IMG/VR virus record: IMGVR_UViG_3300034777_000233
Coordinates: 1 to 34,130 of that record
Direction: 5' to 3' (one strand)
Length of the DNA stretch: 34,130 bases
DNA from: a virus
Lineage: Duplodnaviria; Caudoviricetes
Positions 28,601 through 34,130 of the stretch are shown here, piece by piece. The position numbers and the translations under genes are program-made. Below the pieces are notes generated by a model. That model saw nothing but the letters and a program-made list of their open reading frames with translations, did not search any database and was not told the DNA's origin. Positions within the stretch are counted from its first letter, which is position 1. Each line of letters starts with the position of its first letter.

Positions 28601-31330
28601 AATAAAAAACGTAAAGGCATATCTGTGTTTGATTTTGATGATACATTAGCTAGAACGAAATCTAACGTGCTATACACAATGCCTAATGGCAAGACAGGTA
28701 AATTAAATGCAACAGAGTTTGCGAAAAAATCGGAGGCCTTAGAAGCCGCTGGAGCTAAGTTTGATTTTAGTGAGTTTAGTAAAGTTGTTCAAGGCAAGCT
28801 AGGCCCTCTGTTCAGCGAAGCACAAAAAAAGGCAGGAAAGTTTACAACTAAAGATGTTTTTGTTTTGACCGCGCGTCCTGCTAATTCAGCTAAAGCTATT
28901 AAAGAATTTTTAAAGTCTGAAGGATTAGATATACCATTAGAAAATATAGTTGGACTTGGAGACGGTGCACCTAAAGCAAAATCAGAGTGGATGGTAGGTA
29001 AAGTTGCCGAGGGGTACAACGATTTCTATTTTGCAGATGATGCTATAAAAAATGTTAAAGCAGTTAAAACAGCTTTAGATTTATTTGACGTTAAATCAGA
29101 TGTGCAACAAGCTATAATGGCATCTAAACAAATAAACCTTAGCAGCGAGCTTAATAAGATGATTGAGCGCAAAAAAGGTATACCAGCTCGTAAAAAAATA
29201 TCTGCCTCGCAAGCGGTGAACTTAGGACGAAAAAAAGGCAAATTTGATTTGTTTTTGCCGCCCAACGCAGAGGACTTTGCTGGGATGCTTTACAAATTTT
29301 ACGGCAAAGGAGAACAAGGTAATAAAGACATGGCCTTAATGAAGAAGGTATTGCTTGAGCCATTTAACAGAGCAGAGAACGCTATAAGCTCGTACAGGCA
29401 AAATTTAGGTAATGATTTTAAAGCATTGGAAAAACAGATTGGCAACATTGATGCTAAGATGGGTAAGGAAGCAAAATTAAATCTTAAAGAAGCAGGGTTT
29501 AATGCAGATCAAGCGGTGCGTGTTTCAATATGGAAATCTTTAAAATATGATATACCCGGTATTAAAAAATCTGAAATTAATCTTTTAGATAAAATAGTTA
29601 AAAATGATCCTAGACTTAGCGCTTACGCAAAAGGTATATTAGGTATTACTAAAACAAAAGAATCTTATCCTAAGCCTAGTGAAAGTTGGTTTTCAAGCAA
29701 CATAAGATATGATCTTTTTAAACATTCAAACGAAGGCGCTAGAGCTGAGTTTTTAAAAGAGTGGGTTGAGAATGTGGACGCTATGTTTACTCCAGACAAT
29801 TTAAATAAAATAAAAGCAGCATATGGAGAAGGGTATGTTGATAACCTACAGCAAATTATTGCTAGAATGAAGTCAGGTAGAAGTAGACCTGAAAATTTAA
29901 GTAAGGAAGCTAGAGCAGGGCTTGACTATATAAATGGATCTGTTGGGGTCATTATGTTTTTAAATTCCAGATCAGCAATACTACAAACAATATCGGCTGT
30001 GAATTATTTAAACTGGAGCGATAACAATCCTATTGCGGTAGCATCGACATTAAAAAATCCAAAGCAATTTGCTAAAACTTTTGTTGAGATATTTAATTCA
30101 GACTTCTTAAAGCAACGTAGATCAGGTTTAGAAATAAATGTAGAAGAAGCCGAAATAGCAAAAGCTGTAGAAAGAAGCAAAGGTAAAGCCAGGTATCTGT
30201 ACGATGCTTTAATAAAAATAGGATTTACGCCTACTCAATTAGCAGATAGTTTTGCTATTGCCGCTGGGGGAACGCCTTTTTTAATAAATAGAACTAAAAC
30301 ATATTCAAAGGCAGGGCTTTCGCCTGAAGTTGCAAAGAAAAAAGCTTTTGAAGATTTTAGATCTTTATCTGAAGAAAATCAGCAATCGTCTCGCCAAGAT
30401 AGAGTATCAAATTTGCAAACAGGCGTTTTAGGTAGATTGTTATTTGCCTTTAATAATACTCCAATGCAGATGACCCGCTTATTTAAAAAGCGATCCTTAG
30501 ATTTAATAAATGGAAGGGGTGATGCTAAAACAAATATATCAGGCATGGTATACTACGGACTTGTACAAAGTATTATATTTTATGCAATGCAACAAGCAAG
30601 ATTCTTAGATATGTTTGGAGGCGATGATGAAGATATATCTCAAGAAGAGAAAGAGTTTAACCAAAAGAACAGAGAAAAGCGTAATGCTAGACTACTTAAT
30701 TCAACATTAGATGGATTTTTAAACGGAGCAGGTTTACCTGGTAAGATTCTTACTACAGGTAAGAACGCTTTAGCTGAATACTATAGAGAAGAACCTAAAG
30801 GATATAGAGCAGAATATGCAGACGTAATTAATGAAGAATTAGGTATTTCACCTCCGCTGTCAAGTAAAGTTAAAAAACAATCCTCTGCTTTTAAAACATT
30901 TAGATATTATTCAACAAAAAAAGGTAAAGAAGAATTAGAGCAATATGGGAAGTATGCTTTAGACAACCCTATGTTAATGGCTAGGGCTAAAATATTCTCT
31001 TCTATAACTAATGTGCCTACGGATAGAATATTAAGCAAAATAGATAATTTGAAACTAGCGCTGACTGACGGTACTATTGAGCCAACTAAAAGACTAGCGT
31101 TAGCGGCTGGATGGGACAAGTGGAGCTTAGGATTTTATGATGATGTTTTTGTTCCTGCGGAAGAGAAAAAAGCAGAAATAAAAAAGAACAGAGCTGAAGG
31201 CAGAAAGAAAGCTAAAGAAAGAAGAGAGAGAAACAAAAAAAGAAAAAAGGATAGCATAATTAATGTTAGATCAAAAATGACTAGTGAAGAAATATTAGAA
31301 GATTTAAGAAAAGAACTAAATAAAAAATAA
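22664..31330 (+). CDS. Giant multidomain (polyvalent) ejection protein with degenerate zincin, sigma-region-2-like segment and HAD phosphatase domain
   Basis: 2888 aa. Gly/Ala hydrophobic helices at ~24400-24890; QEAGH...EE at 25415-25621; sigma2-like segment at 26066-26299; HAD motifs VFDFDDTL / LTAR / K / FADD at 28622-29045; helical C-terminus with a hydrophobic segment. Confidence 0.75.
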   Translation: MPKYKLKNGKYVVVDSKDMELFLASEDAKGAEFIEEKKVTGPASAETNVVPENDTVSNLENGSSELPEVSDEDKKFFSQFGIDFKPERQQKPIDPIDIRNIERNKPKVRPGDNIPLETPFSPTDIKAEKKAKEKATEVRVQSNKAFKETLENFLNQDLTEFGEFNQRFVKPEFKDVYNNPNTGITEGLIFKDVIRGRDISELSENPEFQASVRKNVKDLYEEANPNLPLPSNRQMDLFVKNAINEQVEDLKEDERFEALKEKDFLIEQGEYSTFLNNSINADISEMSDVKKIAAKSRQRQAQLQNLLKAPDLNPKAKEVLLTEYNGLQKNYNNLLKNIDSDYKSYMNLSTGRRIDAKTAAELPSDQVADLSEEDTRLAKYYSSLPTEKLEQEYFQHHIEKQNYQKQRNKIYKTKPVKDWFMNNDSNDFWKKYTKNEDGSYNIPLKDYITAGGREQSRMNGVFDADTIQKMKRDRFYLTKDKTALTKKEEALETAYLLNVDPVSVAEGMNFGSGVTRFLEATSAAFIGEDKTVASFGTSRRKELDELESVLIDSGVYDPNNEEQKDEFEAFKRSPLMTVTEGVAEFTPALLQFAVANKVAGLSGMNAVIQNLLRSSSYTKKATGFALGALLEEAKFKAVTSGKSQTGGGAGFYIGGAAARFLVPFRFASTRANAVLEKVVLSGVGGATASEVALLTEAMYKEVANTKAFETSIEEEFGSTDEVFERWLTNSAVFGIIGGYGLAKNNFLDLKSRANKRKYIDNLQEKIDNGEFKGAELEGKKRQIAFLDNQIAVAQREFNKLDIASQKAQMDQARKIIAENKVPDFNAEGKLTGFKEATRSDIKEAENTIAKVQGNIAAAQRNINRQFENLVKSGVASGETLKLEITDKPLLNGDKAGYNPKTKTFKFDINSYKPGVFAQEAGHFFMDMAFKNDPLIAKQFKEKIKSDVEGRFKSIGQEFTLPNKPGEKFTFEEAINEAYGKNRPAEEYVMNIVEFLQAPRNREILLQSGVLQSLKRNIITAGQNIGLQYGNKKDFTTGDQVLEFLFSLGKAAEGGNSSAIKKKFDAFKNIVVDGNKLLNKRTGQELKTDKEIEKDLASKEINPADKKDIFSKATKAYEEIINSGGSVEQAGVMVGYEFQPLVKAKIKSYMDRNGLNNIPEETINDIVSDVSLGTGKGSQNIPGLVKSYKESGDASLTSYVFGQLNNKILGVLKLPQYKDIFNTVSIDKDPAKAANIAESEGLGGAPSGFVDISSPVKNTRLADQQAETRMGVDQQFKDAAEKIGDLGLMGTKLSDLDAKSRGTIGDAKVAMLESNKARVTTGGKTEIVRARSPKDVQKKLGVAEKYKKFPTAINEITEIAKNKLVPEFERQFKLKDNYTATPEYENFIERSFPLFKNYISQSAVNKRFAPFKEAVIDKTTGKQAREKTAAGNPIFAKKNITPEEWKEYFIGDGKMRIDGKRRSLFEALSTEIGFDKVMLKLTNESMRKQIESRQEDLGVDLVENYVALVSKSIDRGINTELNSKVIEAVKKGGGRFEDVFLDKNGNPKPIDEIIKQKGGLEGIKVIEEQAMKELHASMEYIKQEGRVNEDLVSKLKNRNVENAELYKNIYSAPVEQIDLFKKDIAETVSYFPKESSQLTSAMSSKTEGGILAAISGFTSRKNKNTGEMFNSQAFRDNALKSVGKNFEKLSEQTKDLWNEAIELAKENNYEGNGITITTKANKFLKATEEIRKNNELTADQKKKEIDKLDGKQDAITDIQVKEKILEATLATIGEIGAKLEGKELQDFSVSVAKMLLNNDGIGLRKFSSEKYLELNQPDFSKNEHLMSKAEFGAEVIDALLKGELNIEKIKEITSQYNSVIGSKKGQEIADGMLGTTIENAARLKMIASKIANGKISNAEISALKDFYNWTTGETAYSEMIKEYAEKAKNSIVKAEKGIARENNKVALESELLNVTENTTTESFASKTIMFDKAFENAKNPNKKRKGISVFDFDDTLARTKSNVLYTMPNGKTGKLNATEFAKKSEALEAAGAKFDFSEFSKVVQGKLGPLFSEAQKKAGKFTTKDVFVLTARPANSAKAIKEFLKSEGLDIPLENIVGLGDGAPKAKSEWMVGKVAEGYNDFYFADDAIKNVKAVKTALDLFDVKSDVQQAIMASKQINLSSELNKMIERKKGIPARKKISASQAVNLGRKKGKFDLFLPPNAEDFAGMLYKFYGKGEQGNKDMALMKKVLLEPFNRAENAISSYRQNLGNDFKALEKQIGNIDAKMGKEAKLNLKEAGFNADQAVRVSIWKSLKYDIPGIKKSEINLLDKIVKNDPRLSAYAKGILGITKTKESYPKPSESWFSSNIRYDLFKHSNEGARAEFLKEWVENVDAMFTPDNLNKIKAAYGEGYVDNLQQIIARMKSGRSRPENLSKEARAGLDYINGSVGVIMFLNSRSAILQTISAVNYLNWSDNNPIAVASTLKNPKQFAKTFVEIFNSDFLKQRRSGLEINVEEAEIAKAVERSKGKARYLYDALIKIGFTPTQLADSFAIAAGGTPFLINRTKTYSKAGLSPEVAKKKAFEDFRSLSEENQQSSRQDRVSNLQTGVLGRLLFAFNNTPMQMTRLFKKRSLDLINGRGDAKTNISGMVYYGLVQSIIFYAMQQARFLDMFGGDDEDISQEEKEFNQKNREKRNARLLNSTLDGFLNGAGLPGKILTTGKNALAEYYREEPKGYRAEYADVINEELGISPPLSSKVKKQSSAFKTFRYYSTKKGKEELEQYGKYALDNPMLMARAKIFSSITNVPTDRILSKIDNLKLALTDGTIEPTKRLALAAGWDKWSLGFYDDVFVPAEEKKAEIKKNRAEGRKKAKERRERNKKRKKDSIINVRSKMTSEEILEDLRKELNKK

Positions 31331-31569
31331 TGAGTGAACCAATTACAAAGCGGGTAATGCAGCGCAAAAGCACTAAGTTCCCTATAAATCAAGAAGTTAC
31401 AAAAAATGCAGATGGAACAGGTGGACCTATAAGTATTGCTAAGAAGAAAGATGCTTGTTATACAAAGGTAAAAAGCAGATATAAAAAGTGGCCGTCAGCT
31501 TATGCCAGCGGTGCATTAGTTAAATGCAGAAAAGTAGGTGCAGCTAATTGGGGCAATAAATCTAAATAA
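31330..31569 (+). CDS. Small basic protein, DUF5872 N-half-like
   Basis: 79 aa containing KKDACYTKVKSRYKKWPSAYASGALVKCRK. TAATG-coupled to the giant gene. Confidence 0.6.
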   Translation: MSEPITKRVMQRKSTKFPINQEVTKNADGTGGPISIAKKKDACYTKVKSRYKKWPSAYASGALVKCRKVGAANWGNKSK

Positions 31570-31570
31570 T

Positions 31571-31849
31571 ATGAAAAAAAAGGGAATCGGCCCACAAGGG
31601 TTGGGAATACTAGGCAATAACGGATATCACATAGGTTCTCCTGCTAAAAACTTAAACCAATGGTTCAAAGAAGACTGGAGAACACCAGGAGGAAACAAAG
31701 ATTATAGTGAAGGCGAAAATACCTTTAGACCAACCAAAAGAATATCCAAAGATACACCAGCAACGTGGGACGAGCTAACTCCTGCGGAAAAAGCTAATGC
31801 GCAAAAAGAAAAAAATACTCAAGGCAGAGTAAGCAAATATAAAAAATAA
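31571..31849 (+). CDS. Small basic protein, DUF5872 C-half-like
   Basis: The likely start is ATG 31571 (TAAtATG after the upstream stop), giving 92 aa. It contains LNQWFKEDW...FRPTKRISKDTPATWDEL. Confidence 0.6.
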   Translation: MKKKGIGPQGLGILGNNGYHIGSPAKNLNQWFKEDWRTPGGNKDYSEGENTFRPTKRISKDTPATWDELTPAEKANAQKEKNTQGRVSKYKK

Positions 31850-31852
31850 AAA

Positions 31853-32011
31853 ATGGGTTTACAAGAACTAAGATTATATGTAATAAACGGTAGTACATTA
31901 GGCGTAACAACGTTCACTCAAATAGAAGACTGGCTAAAAATAATACTATTAGTAGTAACTATAGGTTATACTATTGCTAAATGGTCAACATTAAATGAGG
32001 ACGATAAATAA
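31853..32011 (+). CDS. Putative holin (52 aa, absent from the ORF track)
   Basis: MGLQELRLYVINGSTLGVTTFTQIEDWLKIILLVVTIGYTIAKWSTLNEDDK has a hydrophobic helix and charged C-tail. It fills the gap and overlaps the endolysin start. Confidence 0.7.
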   Translation: MGLQELRLYVINGSTLGVTTFTQIEDWLKIILLVVTIGYTIAKWSTLNEDDK

Positions 32012-32402
32012 AATAATCATACATTGCTCAGCTACTAAAGAAGGTAATAACGTTACCGCGGCAACTATAGACCAGTGGCATAAAGATCGTGGTTGGAGAG
32101 GTATAGGATATCATTATGTTGTAGCGCTTGACGGCACTATAGAATATGGTCGTAGCATATACGAAACAGGGGCTCATGTAAAAAACCATAATGAAGACTC
32201 CATAGGTATTTGCTATGTCGGAGGCTTAGGATCATCTATGGAAGCTAAAGATACTAGAACACCAGAGCAAAAAGAAAGTTTGCTATTACTGCTTAAAACA
32301 TTAAAAAAAATGCATCCTAACGCTGCAATACATGGTCATAACGAGTTTTCAGCTAAAGCTTGTCCTTGCTTTAATGCTAACGAAGAATATTGTAGTATAT
32401 AA
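31995..32402 (+). CDS. Endolysin, N-acetylmuramoyl-L-alanine amidase (T7 lysozyme-like, Amidase_2)
   Basis: IIIHCSAT, WH..RGWRGIGYHY, GAH...HN..SIGICYVGG and IHGHNEF..KACPCF supply the His/His/Cys zinc ligands. Confidence 0.93.
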   Translation: MRTINKIIIHCSATKEGNNVTAATIDQWHKDRGWRGIGYHYVVALDGTIEYGRSIYETGAHVKNHNEDSIGICYVGGLGSSMEAKDTRTPEQKESLLLLLKTLKKMHPNAAIHGHNEFSAKACPCFNANEEYCSI

Positions 32403-32434
32403 AAAAAGGGCACCGTTTCCAGTACCCCCTTTCT
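32401..32434 (-). terminator. Intrinsic terminator of nrdA between convergent transcription units
   Basis: The minus strand reads GGGTACTG-GAAA-CGGTGCCC-TTTTTTT: an 8-bp stem with two G-U pairs, a GNRA tetraloop and a 7-U tract, just after the nrdA stop. Confidence 0.85.
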
Positions 32435-32448
32435 AACTAACTAAACAA

Positions 32449-34128
32449 CTAACCATCACACGCAAGACAATCTTCACTCATCGCTTGCTGTGCAATATCT
32501 CCACGTAGAACGCTTTCTGTTCTAGTATAATATAAAGTCTTCACTCCTTTTTTCCATGCTTCCATATGAACTTTATTAAGCCATTTCGGTGTTGCTACAG
32601 CTGGGAAAGCTAAATTTAAACTAACCGCTTGATCAATATATTGCTGACGTAGTCCAGCTTGATTAACTAACTCTAGTTGATTAATCTCCTTAAACGTCTT
32701 AAATACTTCTTTCGCTGGTATTTCGTGCAAGCCAACAACAACCTCATCAAGTTCAGATAAACCTTGAACGCTACCGCCATCTGCGAGTATCTTATCCCAT
32801 GTTTCATTCGTATTAATTTTAAGTTTTCTTAACAACTTCAACAGCGTAGGGTTTTTACGTATAAAGGTCCCTTTAGCTGATTGATCTGTAAATACATTAG
32901 CCGCCCAAGGTTCTATTCCTGGCGAAACATTCCCGCTAAGCTTTGAATTACTAACAGTGGGAGCAATAGCACGCAAATGAGTATTACGATAACCAGTACC
33001 AGCACACCACAAAGGCTCGCCGTAAATCTCAGCAAGATCCCTGGAAGCTCTTTCACTTTCGATTTTAATCTGCGAAAATATTTTCCTAGTTTCAAACTGA
33101 GAGAGTAAACCTTCAAAAGGAATACCTTTCTCCTGGAGATATGTATGCCATCCAAGGACTCCCAAGCCCAATGCTCTCCCTTTCTGCGCAGATCGAACAG
33201 CATTTTCGAACCCGCGTAACCCCTTGGCTCTTTGAATAAATTCCTCCATAACTCCGTCAAGAAAGAACGTAGCGTCATAGATAAGATTAGTATCTTTCCA
33301 TTCTTCATATTTTGCTAAATTTAATGATGATAAGCAACAAACAAAACTGTGGCTTTCATCGGTGTGTAATGTTATTTCACTACATATATTAGTCATGTGA
33401 ACTTTTAATCCATTCTCTTTATATGCTGGTGGATTTGCTTTATTAACGTTTCCTTTAAACATAATGTACGGTTCTCCAGTTGCTTTTCGCTTTCTAAGAA
33501 GTTTACTCCATCTATTTCTAGCATCCGCATCTCCTTGTTCAAGGCGTCGCATAAACTTGTCACCCACAATTGCGCACTGATGTAAATTAAGCGATTGTCT
33601 GTTAACATCTCCTTTAGGTTCTCTGATCTCAAGCCACTCTTCGAAATCATCGTGTTCAATATTGATGTTAACCGATGCTGCTCCTCTTCTGACTGATCCT
33701 TGATTAGTCGCGAGTATTGTGCTATCATATATTTTGCAAAAAGGTACGACTCCGTCTGATGTTCCATTTCCTGTAATTTTAGCGCCAGCGGGTCTAATCA
33801 TGTTAACTCCAATGCCAACTCCACCGCCATGCTTAGCGAGTAACATCATCTCTAAATTCTTTTGCCCTATATCCTGGATACTATCAGCCACATCAATCCC
33901 GAAACAACTAATAGGCAAACCGCGATCAGTGCCTGTATTAGATAGTACCGGGCTAGCGAGACATAGCCAACCATTCCATATGTATTCGAAGAAAGTTTCT
34001 GCCATCTCCGGTTTATATAATCTACGAGCAACCGTTTTAGCGACTCGCATGTATGCTTCTCTAGGTGTTTCTCCGTCGAATAAATATCCCCCGGATATAG
34101 TCTTCTTGTATACGTCGTTATTACCCCA
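32449..34128 (-). CDS. nrdA: Ribonucleotide reductase class I alpha subunit (5'-truncated by window edge)
   Basis: The frame is open to the window end (WGNNDVYKKTISGGYLFDGETPREAYMRV...). Motifs: LPISCF, GGGVG, RRGA, catalytic TNICSEI, IAPTVS, the YY radical-transfer pair (TLYYTR) and C-terminal CLAC. Confidence 0.95.
   Translation of the reverse strand, partial: WGNNDVYKKTISGGYLFDGETPREAYMRVAKTVARRLYKPEMAETFFEYIWNGWLCLASPVLSNTGTDRGLPISCFGIDVADSIQDIGQKNLEMMLLAKHGGGVGIGVNMIRPAGAKITGNGTSDGVVPFCKIYDSTILATNQGSVRRGAASVNINIEHDDFEEWLEIREPKGDVNRQSLNLHQCAIVGDKFMRRLEQGDADARNRWSKLLRKRKATGEPYIMFKGNVNKANPPAYKENGLKVHMTNICSEITLHTDESHSFVCCLSSLNLAKYEEWKDTNLIYDATFFLDGVMEEFIQRAKGLRGFENAVRSAQKGRALGLGVLGWHTYLQEKGIPFEGLLSQFETRKIFSQIKIESERASRDLAEIYGEPLWCAGTGYRNTHLRAIAPTVSNSKLSGNVSPGIEPWAANVFTDQSAKGTFIRKNPTLLKLLRKLKINTNETWDKILADGGSVQGLSELDEVVVGLHEIPAKEVFKTFKEINQLELVNQAGLRQQYIDQAVSLNLAFPAVATPKWLNKVHMEAWKKGVKTLYYTRTESVLRGDIAQQAMSEDCLACDG
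32913..33308 (-). CDS. Candidate overprinted gene in nrdA +1 frame: basic protein with C-terminal TM helix
   Basis: 131 stop-free codons. The start context TTAAATTTAGCAAAATATG resembles real starts in this genome. The TM segment GVLVLVIVILICVLLLPLLVI is built from a run of T-ending nrdA codons. Confidence 0.5.
   Translation of the reverse strand: MKNGKILILSMTLRSFLTELWRNLFKEPRGYAGSKMLFDLRRKGEHWAWESLDGIHISRRKVFLLKVYSLSLKLGKYFRRLKSKVKELPGILLRFTASLCGVLVLVIVILICVLLLPLLVIQSLAGMFRQE
33405..33767 (-). CDS. Candidate overprinted gene in nrdA +1 frame: 120-aa helical/coiled-coil protein
   Basis: 120 stop-free codons with consistent avoidance of NTA codons before purines. The product is E/K/L/Q-rich and looks like a natural helical protein. 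Confidence 0.45.
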   Translation of the reverse strand: MEHQTESYLFAKYMIAQYSRLIKDQSEEEQHRLTSILNTMISKSGLRSENLKEMLTDNRLIYISAQLWVTSLCDALNKEMRMLEIDGVNFLESEKQLENRTLCLKETLIKQIHQHIKRMD

Positions 34129-34130
34129 CG

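Noticed and set aside
28622-28650. DFDD motif as a possible crAss-like virion RNA polymerase active site
   Set aside because: It reads DFDDT with downstream LTAR, K and DD motifs, which is HAD and not the DxDxD of two-barrel polymerases.
375-31392. Many minus-strand ORFs of 60-132 aa opposite the structural genes
   Set aside because: Typical antisense shadows of real genes, with Ser/Phe/Leu-biased products, no coherent operon and no recognisable motifs.
1-34130. tRNAs, CRISPR arrays, introns/inteins, DGR repeats, integrase, stop-codon reassignment
   Set aside because: Spacers are under about 95 nt with no cloverleaf or repeat-spacer array. TerL and NrdA are uninterrupted, no reverse transcriptase or near-identical repeat pair was seen, and genes are full length in the standard code.

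Overview
AT-rich, gene-dense fragment of a tailed dsDNA phage with podovirus-like organisation. The host is most likely a Bacteroidota/Flavobacteriia bacterium: gene starts lack Shine-Dalgarno motifs, the fibre carries GNVGIG repeats, and the NrdA is Flavobacteria-like. The layout resembles crAss-like and Cellulophaga phi38:1-like marine phages, but this is inferred, not searched. The + strand carries the late module in order: tail fibre end, collagen-repeat protein, small hypotheticals, GroES-like protein, TerS, TerL, portal, scaffold, major capsid, ring/adaptor proteins, a large muzzle-like tail protein, three ejection proteins (the largest 2888 aa), two DUF5872-like small genes, a holin missed by the ORF track, and an amidase endolysin. 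A class I ribonucleotide reductase alpha gene converges from the - strand. Two observations stand out. (1) There appears to be a hidden layer of overprinted +1-frame genes inside the conserved enzyme genes terL and nrdA, supported by systematic synonymous avoidance of +1 stops and by codon choices that build membrane helices in the second frame. (2) The giant ejection protein has a degenerate zincin, a sigma70 region-2-like segment and an intact HAD phosphatase, bounded by recurring x-A-S-K motifs that may be processing sites. All assignments are from motif reading; no database search was possible.
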